This document shows, one piece after another, positions 51,574-62,863 of a stretch of DNA of 64,000 nucleotides. Each line of letters starts with the position of its first letter. Position 1 is the stretch's first letter. Position numbers and translations under genes: made by a program. Under the pieces are notes generated by a model. It saw nothing but the letters and a program-made list of their open reading frames with translations, was not told the DNA's origin and did no database searches. Origin of the DNA: Azolla caroliniana (Eukaryota; Plantae; Polypodiophyta); assembly GCA_043228905.1 (NCBI GenBank), contig JBHGNT010000012.1, positions 6,882,001 through 6,946,000 of the forward strand. The letters are read 5' to 3'.

Positions 51574-53655
51574 TTATATTATTTTTACTTTTTCACGTAG
51601 TGTACGAAATACACTACGACACTCGCCCCCTCCGAACCCGCACATCCTCCGGTATGTGCCGAAGTTGCCGATGCTCGCTGTCTCCCCTTCATCCTCCGTT
51701 TGTCCCGCTATGTCAACTTTGTCTCTCCATTTTGAGTAGACCCATTCTTTCCACCCGAACCATTGTCGCCATCCGATCCACCATATTCTTTGTTCTCTCT
51801 CGTCATATTCTTGGCCCTTGTCATTCGTGGTAGTGTCTTTTACTGGCCTCTTTCTTGTCTTCATCAACCTTGACTTTTTTCCGGATCGCTCTCGTCCGAT
51901 CAACTTTCGGTTTGATCGGCTTCCGATCGGATTCGTATTCGGCCGAATCGGAATCGGTTGTTCGGTTTCGATTGAGTCGGTCTCCTTCCGGCCCGGTTTC
52001 GATCTATCGGTTTCGGTTTCGGTTGGCTTTCTTTTCCTCGTTTTCACCAGCCTCGACCGGTCCAACCTCCGGTTGAGTCGGATTAGCTTCTTTCCGGATC
52101 GGTCTCGTCCGATTGGCTTTCGGCTAGGTCGGCTTCCATCCATATTCGCGTTCGGCCAAGTCAGACTCGGTCGATCGGTTTTGACCGAGTCGACCCCTTT
52201 TCGGGTCGGCTTTCTTTCGGGTCGTCTTTCGGCTGAATCCTCATTTGCCCGGTTCGGCTTTCGTTTGTGTCGTCTTTCGGCCGAATTCTCTTCCTTTCGG
52301 TTCGGCTTTCTTTCGGGTCGACTTTCGGTCGAATCCTCTTTTACCCGGTTTGGCTTTCTTTCGGATCGGAATCCCGTCCGGATCACCTTCCATCCTAACT
52401 GGCTTCCGACTTTACCTTTCTTGCCGCCACCTCCCGTCTCTCCGGTCTCACGTTGCTTCTCAGACACAACCGCCGAAGTCTCTAGGATTAGTGGGTAGGA
52501 ATCCTCGGTATTATCATCCTCCATTGTTTCACCCATAGCCATATTCTCGGCTATCTCTCCGTCGTATGCATCGACTTCGACCTTTGTTTTCTCTCCGCCA
52601 CCTTCCGTCTCTTCGGTCTCACGTTGCCTTTCGAACGCAACCGCCGGAGTCTCTAGAATCAGTGGTGGGGAAGTCTCGATATGGCCATCCGTCGTTGATT
52701 CGTCCATAGCCACCTTCGATTCGATGTCATCTTTCGTGGCGACCTCCTCAATCAAGTCCTCTTTGCTCTCTTTCACTGCATCAATTATGCTTACCCCTTT
52801 TTCACCCGATGTTTCGGACACTGGTATTCCGAAATCTTCGTCTACACTTGGGTTATCGGCCTTATCCTTCGCCGTCATTCTTTCGCAAGACAAGAGGGTA
52901 GCTTGTTTTACACCCTCTTCCGTCGCACCATCATGTTGTATTTCGGCCTTCATATCGGCTCCATCGTTTGTCTTCAATCGACCATCCTTCATCGGCCATG
53001 TCGTTGACAAGATTCTCATCTTCCTCTCATCATGTCTCCGGCATACCCTTTGGACTTCGGCCCAATCTTCGGTAAGACCATTCGTACCGTCATCGTCTTC
53101 GAGTTCAATCCCGATGTCCATCCTTTCTTTTCGATCGATCGATTTTACGAACATTAGGACTTTATCCTCCCCCACCAACCGTTGTTCCCGCTTCGAGAGT
53201 CGAGCAAAACGGTGCTCGAACTCTAGGAATGCTTGTGTTGCACTTTGGTGGGTCTTCTCCGATGCCACCCATTCGTCGAATTTTCGCCGATCTTGTCCCT
53301 TTGATCTCTTGTAATCATATGCCTCTCGTAAAGCTTCTTCGAATGACCCCCATGTCGAGTTTTGTTGCCGTATCTTGTGGATTCTCTCTTGTAGCTCATC
53401 CGTGGCCACCCGATTAAAGGATGTCACTTGCAATCCTTCCGGTATCCCACATCGTATCATCTCCGCCTTGTAGTCACGTAGATAGCGTGACACATCGTTT
53501 CCGTTGAATTGTCCGTTTCGTTGTACGAGCCGCTTTACTGCCCCCGTGATCTCCGACATCACTCGTTGTTCTTGTAGCATCCACTCGAACATCATCATCA
53601 TCGTTATGCTCATTGCCTCTTGTTGATTCTCCATCTCCTTGCCACCCGCCTTCAC
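51574..53655 (-). CDS. Gag capsid-like N-terminus fused to acidic and Arg/Lys/Pro-rich repeat tails (intact, 693 aa)
   Basis: The N-terminal ~110 aa closely match the Gag of 32588-34651. It has no knuckle, protease or pol, and carries ERKPNR repeats. Confidence 0.8.
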   Translation of the reverse strand: MKAGGKEMENQQEAMSITMMMMFEWMLQEQRVMSEITGAVKRLVQRNGQFNGNDVSRYLRDYKAEMIRCGIPEGLQVTSFNRVATDELQERIHKIRQQNSTWGSFEEALREAYDYKRSKGQDRRKFDEWVASEKTHQSATQAFLEFEHRFARLSKREQRLVGEDKVLMFVKSIDRKERMDIGIELEDDDGTNGLTEDWAEVQRVCRRHDERKMRILSTTWPMKDGRLKTNDGADMKAEIQHDGATEEGVKQATLLSCERMTAKDKADNPSVDEDFGIPVSETSGEKGVSIIDAVKESKEDLIEEVATKDDIESKVAMDESTTDGHIETSPPLILETPAVAFERQRETEETEGGGEKTKVEVDAYDGEIAENMAMGETMEDDNTEDSYPLILETSAVVSEKQRETGETGGGGKKGKVGSQLGWKVIRTGFRSERKPNRVKEDSTESRPERKPNRKEENSAERRHKRKPNRANEDSAERRPERKPTRKGVDSVKTDRPSLTWPNANMDGSRPSRKPIGRDRSGKKLIRLNRRLDRSRLVKTRKRKPTETETDRSKPGRKETDSIETEQPIPIRPNTNPIGSRSNRKLIGRERSGKKSRLMKTRKRPVKDTTTNDKGQEYDEREQRIWWIGWRQWFGWKEWVYSKWRDKVDIAGQTEDEGETASIGNFGTYRRMCGFGGGECRSVFRTLREKVKII

Positions 53656-54350
53656 GTCGGGTTCACCAACTATGTCGTGCCTTTCGGCTCCGGATCGTTT
53701 GCGTGAGTCGGGTGGGAACCACTGGGGTTTTGGACTAGGAGAAAGAAGAATATGAGATGAGGCTAGTAATGGATAGATTATTAGAAAGAGAAGTAAGATA
53801 GCAATCTCGTGAATCCCACGAGTTTAGTATATTTAGTCAATATTTAGGTAGTAAGAGAGAATTATTTTCGCAAATTCGTGAATCCCACGAATATTTTAGA
53901 TTGATTGATCATTATAGAAAAATAATCAACAAAAACTACAATGTGCTCCCCATCCTTATATAGTGATGGCAGAGACTAAGCATAACTACATGCTTTTTCT
54001 AATATGTTCATGCACACTAAATGTGCATGTGATGCTTTTCTAATCCTTGCTTTTATTTGCTAAATATAGTGCTCATGCACGCTAGATGTGCATGAGTCAC
54101 TTTTTAGTTGCTTGCGTTTTTCTATAAAATATTCACGCACTCTAAAAATGCATGATTTACCTTTTAATAAAGGTAGGCGCAAATAAAGCACTTATAGTTA
54201 TTAAATCTATTTATAAAACACTAAAGATAAGGTAGCATAATGGTAAAGTTTAGGTTGGGCTACGTGGAGGTACAGGGTTCGAATCTTGCCCTATGCACGT
54301 GATAAATATCTTGATATATTATTTTATTTATTTATATGTAATTAAATCGG

Positions 54351-56399
54351 TTATATTATTTTTACTTTTTCACGTACTGTACGAAATACACTACGACACT
54401 CGCCCCCTCCGAACCCGCACATCCTCCGGTATGTGCCGAAGTTGCCGATGCTCGTTGTCTCCCCTTCATCCTCCGTTTGTCCCGCTATGTCAACTTTGTC
54501 TCTCCATTTTGAGTAGACCCATTCTTTCCACCCGAACCATTGTCGCCATCCGATCCACCATATTCTTTGTTCTCTCTCATCATATTCTTGGCCCTTGTCA
54601 TTCGTGGTAGTGTCTTGTACTAGCCTCTTTCTTGTCTTCATCAACCTTGACTTTTTTCCGGATCGCTCTCGTCCGATCGACTTTCGGTTTGATCGGCTTC
54701 CGATCGGATTCGTATTCGGCCGAATCGGAATCGGTTGTTCAGTTTTGATTGAGTCGGTCTCCTTCCGGCCCGGTTTCGATCTATCGGTTTCGGTTTCGGT
54801 TGGCTTTCTTTTCCTCGTTTTCACCAGCCTCGACCGGTCCAACCTTCGGTTGAGTCGGATTAGCTTCTTTCCGGATCGGTCTCGTCCGATCGGCTTTCGG
54901 CTAGGTCGGCTTCCATCCATATTCGCGTTCGGCCAAGTCAGACTCGGTCGATCGGTTTTGACCGAGTCGACCCCTTTTCGGGTCGGCTTTCTTTCGGGTC
55001 GTCTTTCGGTCGAATCCTCATTCGCCCGGTTCGGCTTTCTTTCGGGTTGTCTTTTAGTCGAATCCTCTTTTACCCGGTTTGGCTTTCTTCCGGATCGGAA
55101 TCCCGTCCGGATCACCTTTCATCCAAACCGGCTTCCGACTTTACCTTTCTTGCTGCCACCTCCCGTCTCTCCGGTCTCACGTTGGTTCTCGGACACAACT
55201 GCCGAAGTCTCTAGAATTAGTGGGTAGGAATCCTCGGTATTATCATCCTCCATTGTTTCACCCATAGCCATATTCTCGGCTATCTCTCCGTCATACGCAT
55301 CGGCTTCGACCTTTGTTTTCTCTCCGCCACCGTCCGTCTCTTCGGTCTCACGTTGCCTTTCGAACGCAACCGCCGGAGTCTCTGGAATCAGTGGTGGGGA
55401 AGTCTCGATATGGCCATCCGTCGTTGATTCGTCCATAGTCACCTTCAATTCGATGTCATCTTTTATGGTGACCTCCTCAATCAAGTCCTCCTTGCTCTCT
55501 TTCACTGCATCAATTATGCAAACATCAATTATGCTTACCCCTTTTTCACCCGATGTTTCGGACACTTGTATTCCGAAATCTTCTTCTACACTTGGGTTAT
55601 CGGCCTTATCCTTCGTCGTTGTTCTTTCGCAAGACAAGAGGGTAGCTTGTTTTACACCCTCTTCCGTCGCACCATCATGTTGTATTTCGGCCTTCATATC
55701 AGCTCCATCGTTTGTCTTCAATCGACCATCCTTCATCGGCCATGTTGTTGACAAGATTCTCATCTTCCTCTCATCATGTCTCTGGCATACCCTTTGGACT
55801 TCGGCCCAATCTTCGGTAAGACCATTCGCACCGTCATCGTCTTCGAGTTCAATCCCGATGTCCTTCCTTTCTTTCTGATCAATCGATCTTACGAACATTA
55901 GGACTTTGTCCTCCCCCACCAACCGTTGTTCCCGCTCCGAGAGTCGAGCAAAACGATGCTCGAACTCTAGGAATGCTTGTGTTGCACTTTGGTGGGTCTT
56001 CTCCGATGCCACCCATTCGTCAAACTCGCGTCGATCTCATCCCTTCGATCTCTCGTAGTCATATGCCTCTCGTAAAGCTTCTTCAAAGGACCCCCATGTT
56101 GGATTTTGTTGCCGTATCTTGTGGATTCTCTCTTGTAGCTCATCCGTGGCCACCCGATTGAAGGATGTCACTTGCAATCCTTCCGGTATCCCACATCGTA
56201 TCATCTCCGCCTTGTAGTCACGTAGATAGCGTGACACATCGTTTCCGTTGAATTGTCCGTTTCGTTGTACGAGCCGCTTTACTGCCCCCGTGATCTTCGA
56301 CATCACTCGTTGTTCTTGTAGCATCCGCTCGAACATCATCATCATCGTTATACTCATTGCCTCTTCTTGATTCTCCATCTCCTTGCCACCCGTCTTCAC
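54351..56399 (-). pseudogene. Second, interrupted copy of the Gag-only ORF
   Basis: ORFs 56037-56399, 55119-56012 and 54351-55115 are collinear with the 693-aa protein and split by in-frame stops. Confidence 0.85.
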
Positions 56400-59300
56400 G
56401 TCGGGTTCACCAACTGTGTCGTGCCTTTCGGCTCCGGATCGTTTGCGTGAGTCGGGTGGGAACCACTGGGGTTTTGGACTAGGAGAAAGAAGAATATGAG
56501 ATGAGGCTAGTAATGGATAGATTATTAGAAAGAGAAGTAAGATAGCAATCTCGTGAATCCCACGAGTTTAGTATATTTAGTCAATATTTAGGTAGTAAGA
56601 GAGAATTATTTTCGCAAATTCGTGAATCCCACGAATATTTTAGATTGATTGATCATTATAGAAAAATAATCAACAAAAACTACAATGTGCTCCCCATCCT
56701 TATATAGTGATGGCAGAGACTAAGCATAACTACATGCTTTTTCTAATATGTTCATGCACACTAAATGTGCATGTGATGCTTTTCTAATCCTTGCTTTTAT
56801 TTGCTAAATATAGTGCTCATGCACGCTAGATGTGCATGAGTCACTTTTTAGTTGCTTGCGTTTTTCTATAAAATATTCACGCACTCTAAATATACATGAT
56901 TTACCTTTTAATAAAGGTAGGCGTAAATAAAGCACTTATAGTTGTTAAATCTATTTGTAGAACACTAAAGATAAGGTAGCATAATGGTAAAGTTAAGGTT
57001 TGGCTATGTGGAGGTACAAGGTTCGAATCTTGCCCTATGCACGTGATAAATATCTTGATATTCTTATTTTATTTATTTATATGTAATTAAATCGGTTATA
57101 TTATTTTTACTTTTTCACGTAGTGTACGAAATACACTACGACAACGTGTAAATTGTCTTCTCAGTTCTTTATGTGGGGACAACACGACCGAGTCTCCACT
57201 ACTCGCCGGCTCTTCATTTGGTTGGCCATCTCGGCCCAACCCCTCATTCGGCCTGCTTAGCTGAAATGAGATCGGATGCTTTGTCAGAGCTTTGATTTCC
57301 TCATCATGTAGAGGCAGCTCGGCCTCGTTGACCTCTTCTTCAGAATTCGGAATGGAGTCATGAGGCATTGGAGGTGAAGGCAAGTACCACGAAGCGGACT
57401 CATCGAACACGACATCTCGGCTTACGCGAACTTCCTTTCTTCGGGGGTTATAGCACTTATACCCCTTCTGTTCGTCTAAATAGCCGACCAAGACACACTT
57501 CTCAGCTTTGGCATCTAGCTTCCTCCTCTTCTCCTTCGGCACATGCACATATGCAATGCTGCCCAAAATCCTCAAGTGTGCTAAGTTCGGCTTCTTCCCG
57601 AAATACAATTCATGTGGTGACACTCTTCCATTAGCAGAAGTTCGATTCTGCAAATAAACAGCCATCCTTACGGCTTCAACCCAGTAAAACTTCGACATAT
57701 GCTTCTCTTCAAGCATTGCCCTGGCAGCTTCTTCGATCATTCGATTCTTCCATTCGTCCATGCCATTCTGTTGTGGCGTGTATCTACACGAGAATTCACG
57801 TTGAATTCCTTTCTTTTGTAGATAACTCGTGAACTAGTCAAAGAAGTACTCCTTCCCACCATCGGACCATAGGCATTTGATCTTACACCCTGTTTCCCTT
57901 TTTGCAAGGTTCTTTACCTTCAGGAAACATGTGAAGACTTCGCTCGTCTTCGCGATCGTACATGCCCAGGTATGCCGAGTAAAGTCATCGATGAAGGTTA
58001 TGAAGTAACGGCTACCACCGAAAATCACGTTTTGTCCCGGTCCCCACACATCCGAGTGGATCAAATCTGATGACACTCATTGGGGAATGGAAGTCGATGT
58101 TGCTTCCTAGTTGGTAGGCTTCGCAGACTTGGCCATTCCGGCCACGAAATTTCGGCAAACCGAAAACAATGTTCTTCGTCTGCATTTCACGAAGCCATGG
58201 GAAGTTAACGTGGCAGAACTGCTTGTGCCACAGGTCGATATCTAATTCGACCTTTTGTCCTTTCACGAACAACATAGTTCTGGCTTGATTGGTGTCGAGG
58301 ATAAACATCCTCCCTTCACGACGCCCTTGCGCAATAACTTGGCCTTCCTCTTCGATGTAGCACCTGAGGTGCATGAATCGAACTTGCATCCCCTAGTCGA
58401 AGATCTGACCGACCGACACCAGGTTCTTGGTTATTGTCGGGACGTGCAACACATTCATGAGTTTCCCTTTCTTCCCGACGTGGCTGAGGGTAACTTCACC
58501 GACATGTTTGATGGTATGCGGAGTGTCGTCTCCAGTTTTGACCACTCCTTGCTTTTCCAGTTTCTCCAAGTATGAGAACCATTCCTTGTGACTCGTCATA
58601 TGATTCGACGCTCCGGAATCAACATACCACACCTTGCTCGATTTCGAGGTGTTCATGGCCATCGAATTGGCCTTGTGCTTCATTACAAAGGCTGGGCCCG
58701 ATCCATTTCTGGCTCGTTCAGAGCCCTTAGTGTAGTGTGATTTTTGACGCCTTCCGCTCGATTCGGCTTTGTCCGAATCAGCTCTCTTCTTCCAGCACTC
58801 GCTCTCTCTGTGGCCTTTCTTGCCAAAGTACCAGCAATCCGTCGCCGCCTTCTCTTGCCGGCTTCCGGCGCCGTTATGATTCTCCCTACTTCTGGAGGGT
58901 TCAGAACTGCTTCCAGAATTTCGATTATGCCGCATGTTCTGCTCTTTTCGGCCGCCTCCATTGCATGCCGATCCACCTCGTCCGCCACGACCACGGGGCC
59001 TATCTTCCTCCGTCTACAACATCCTGCCATCGGCGTGCATACTCGTCGACGCACCCGCCTGATTTTCCTGCACGAGCAACATTGACCGAAGCTTGAAGAA
59101 CGAAGGCGTATTCTACCTTGTGCAAATTGCCGTTCGGAATACTCCAAACTTTGACATTAACCCTCCAAGACAAACCTACACCATTTCGTCCTCCTCGACG
59201 TTCACGTTGACAGAGGCGAGAGAGTCACAAATCTCCTTGATTCGTGTCGTGTAATCGGCCACAGACAGATCTTTCTGTCAGACATTACCGAGCTCCTGCC

Positions 59301-60149
59301 TAAGCTGCAGCTTCTTGGCCGTTGTGCTAGCGGCGAAAATCCCCATGAGATTCGCCCACGCGTCCTTTGGCGTCTTAGCATCCCGAATGTAGCTCAAGAG
59401 GTGGTCGCTCACACAAGACACGAAGCAGTAAAGAACTTTGCTTGCTACTTGTTCCCAAGCCGGAAAATCTCTGTGTGTCGATTTGGGTGTTGTATCATTA
59501 GCTCATTCGACATAACTCCAGTAACCATGACCAAGCAGGTACTGGTGCATCTTGTACGACCAAGATGTGTAGTTGCTCCTGTCGAGCTTCTCAGTCGGTA
59601 GCGAGCTTCCCATTCCTCTGTCCATATTGTTGTCTTAGCCTTTCCGAAAACAGTAACTTAACTTTGTCTTTATCGCAAGCTTTTATGTCAGCTGCAGAGG
59701 AGTCTCAACCCTCGCGCTTTGATACCATGTAAAAGAATACGTGTGCAGAAGCGAATGCGAAAGACATAGAGTACACGGTTTGGAAGTACAATAGTTCGGT
59801 AAAACACAGAAATCACAGAGAAGGAGAGGGAGAGACAGAGAGAGAAGAAAACGAAATTATATTCAAAAATAATTCTCAGTATGTTCTCTGTACATACTTC
59901 GTGCTCAGTGAGCACCTTTTATACAAGCCCTGACTATTGGGCTGACACAAGTACTTACAGTACTTGACCGCTCATAAATGAGCATCCTACACTTACTCCC
60001 AAAATTATTCCTTACGAGGAATAACATTCTAACGGCCTCTCGGTTTGCACACCGCCACAACCATATTGTGCGTACGGTTTTATGCACCCAGTCTACGCAC
60101 TGGGTTACGCACCCGTTTACTCACCCAATGTTGAGCTTGTCTCTCAACA

Positions 60150-60929
60150 TTCATATTATTATTAGTACGACCCATTGCTCAAGCTTTATCTATCACTTGC
60201 TCTAGTGATTGATTCCAAAATTTGAGCAACGCTAGAGTTGTTCGGAGAGGCTCACGTATCACGCCCACGAAGATGTACTTCAACTCCTCTTCTAAAATTG
60301 GTCGTGAAATTTAGAGTCACAAAATTTGAATCCGAATCACGAATTGTGACACTGTTTCATGAGGCTCCTGATATGCCGCCTAAAATTGGCTAATTAGATC
60401 CTTCTGTGGAATCTGTCGATGTCATAATTGGGTAAACTTTACAGCTAATTATTCGAATGAGTTGAACGCCTTTGGCCCGTTTTGGGCATACCAATTCGCC
60501 AGACTATCAAGTGATAATACGAACTTTGCGATTTTTTTTTCTTCTGCTACAGTGAATAGTCGTTATGCACATGGTTCACCTCCCATGTCGTCAGAAAATT
60601 ACGCACATGCACTTCCGCATTGGTTCCATCCCGATACTTTGAGTAAGGCTAAGGCATATTGTCCTCTTCCCAAATGTCGTAAAAAGAACTATGTTCAGAC
60701 TGCTCCTCGTCTAAATGACTATCAGTTAAATCGAGAATTGCACTCCACTCCCCCTTAGTTTCTTGCTGAGTCTGATTGATAAGTACCGAATCGTCATCAC
60801 TCCCACCTAGTACACGTTGAGTCTCCAATCGTGTGCGTGGTTTTTCTCGGCCAACAAGTGTATCCAAACTAGAAGACATCCATTCCCCTTTATCACTATC
60901 TATAGCACATGTAGCCGAGCGTGCCAAAA
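60150..60929 (-). pseudogene. 5' gag remnant and PBS of the gypsy element that continues at 47235-47354 and (inverted) at 13692-16405
   Basis: PBS-like TGGCACGCTCGG at 60915-60926. YQEPHETVSQFVIRIQIL resembles IKQLPIETIADFSLRFQNL of the 12392-12613 gag. An LTR probably begins at ~60930. Confidence 0.6.
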
Positions 60930-61449
60930 TATTGTGTTGATCTGCTAATAGGTGATTGGTGCAACCGACATGCACAATAGGTCGAACGTTCTATCAAGAT
61001 GATTGTGGTAGGAAATTGGATGGTTGGTAATAGTCTATACGCAAACTTGTTCTATAGAACCATGTCCTGTTTACTTAGTAACCGTGATTGACTATTATTC
61101 TTAATATAATGAATTAATAGACACAAAATCAAAGTTCAACACAAATAGTAGTACAGAATAGTAAGAACACAATCGACAAAGATATATTCTAACTACTAAC
61201 TTATATTAATTCAAAATAAAACGATAGGATCACAATGCTCTCGGTTTAGCAAGACTACAACAAAATTGTCCTAACTAACTCTATTATTTTTCCTACTTGG
61301 CAAAATATATATTAATTCATTTCTGACTCATCGATCCAACTCCTTGATCCGACTCCGACACTTTCATACTTGTTCAACTCCAAACCTTGTCAAATCCGAC
61401 TTTCTTTCACATTTGTCTAACTCCAACCGTGGTAGTCGACCGGCTAACA

Positions 61450-61815
61450 AACCCAGAAAGATTTCTAAAGAAAATGGCTCTTCAACTATGGCTACAAGTG
61501 AAAAAGAGCTCCTGTTCATTTGCAAGCAAGGGAGTGTAAAACTCACAAATGAAGAGTGCACCTGGGTGATTGACTCTGGTGCATCGTTCCATTTAACTCC
61601 CTTGAGAGAATGTTTCGCATCCTACACAACTAGTCACTATGGTTGTGTAAAGATGAGAGATAATTGGGCATGCAAGATATCCGTCATCGGAAGTGTATGT
61701 ATGACAACATCAACTGGTTGTAGACTGATCCTGAGGGATGTTTGACATGTAGCCAATATCAAGTTGAATCTGATATCGACTGGGAGTTTGGGCGATGAAA
61801 GCTACAATGAGTAGA
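61450..61815 (+). pseudogene. Copia protease fragment
   Basis: WVIDSGASFHLTP...GCRLILRDV, homologous to elements A and B. Confidence 0.8.
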
Positions 61816-62863
61816 AGACATGAATCAAGAAGTAATCGCACAACTTTTTGTTCTAGCATTAATAGTTGCATCGGAACCACTAGTAATTTCTTTATCAACC
61901 GACTGAAAGTGTAATTTATAAATTAATTTCGAAAAATGAAAGGACTTCCTGTTCAAGGCTGAGCTAGATAGTCTATGGGGGACCCCTCAAAGAGTGATCA
62001 AGGGTCCGTCTAGTTGATTAAAATTAGATGTAGGGCATTTGGAAAATTGCAGAGTCCCTTTTTCACAAGCATCCAAGTTTCCAAGCTCGGTGTTGTGTGT
62101 TTGACTATTGTCACCCATCAATTTTCTTTCACTCATAATTTTTCATCTCAAACTAGGATCCATAATTCACATTAAGACCCAAAAACCTTACTGGATTGAA
62201 TCCACAAAGGTCCCAATGCCTTCCACGTTCATGAAATCAATCCACAATCATGCATTGAATCCATGATCATGGATTGAACCCATGCAAGGCATTCCTCAAA
62301 TTTAAATTCTACGAACAGCCTTTCTTGGGAATTCCAAAAAGAGCATTTCCTAGGAAAATTCCATGAAGGAGGAAACGAACCCCATCTCCCCTTTGTTGCT
62401 CGTCATTCGAGGAACAAAGAAAGGAAAAGAGACGAGGTCAACTGACGACTACTGTTGTTGCTCTTGCTATTACACAGTCTCCACCTCTATCATCGATTGA
62501 TGTTAGCATCATCCTTACTATAGGTGAGATTCAATCCATCCCCTTTTTCTTCTCCACTTACACCTTTCCTCTTTTAGGACCCTTATCCACAAGCAAAAAG
62601 AGAACACTATTTTCGTCACACCAACATACTTAAAACATTTATACATATGCTAAAGTGTGTGTACACTTTTACTTGTACACAACATATCACTCACTGGCAC
62701 ACACACCTAGGTATATCATCAATGCCTATCAAGCACGTCCAAATGAAGTTAGGTGCATAACAATCGACGATTTCAAATGTCCCGAAGTCATGAACCTAAG
62801 GCAATCTCCTCTTCCTTGGCTCAAGCCCCCGACGGTCCCGCTCACATTTCCCTTCACCATAAT

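Larger units (their letters stand above)
50895..57143 (-). mobile_element. Tandem three-LTR, Gag-only non-autonomous retrotransposon (family 1)
   Basis: LTRs at 50895-51621, 53673-54398 and 56417-57143. Trp PBS at ~53653-53668 and 56397-56412, and a PPT before the left and middle LTRs. A single TSD ACGT lies at 50891-50894 and 57144-57147. Confidence 0.95.
47355..60149 (-). mobile_element. Full-length decayed Ty1/copia element (LTRs 59728-60149 and 47355-~47752) with two nested insertions
   Basis: TSD TTCAT at 47350-47354 and 60150-60154. PBS TGGTATCAAAGC at 59716-59727. Motifs are WYVDSGAS, IHSDVWG, LYGLKQ, LYVDD, YTDAD and ADIFTK. Confidence 0.93.

Noticed and set aside
51818-55227. Antisense ORFs 51818-52498 and 54595-55227
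   Set aside because: They are shadows of the codon-periodic R/K/P repeats on the coding strand.
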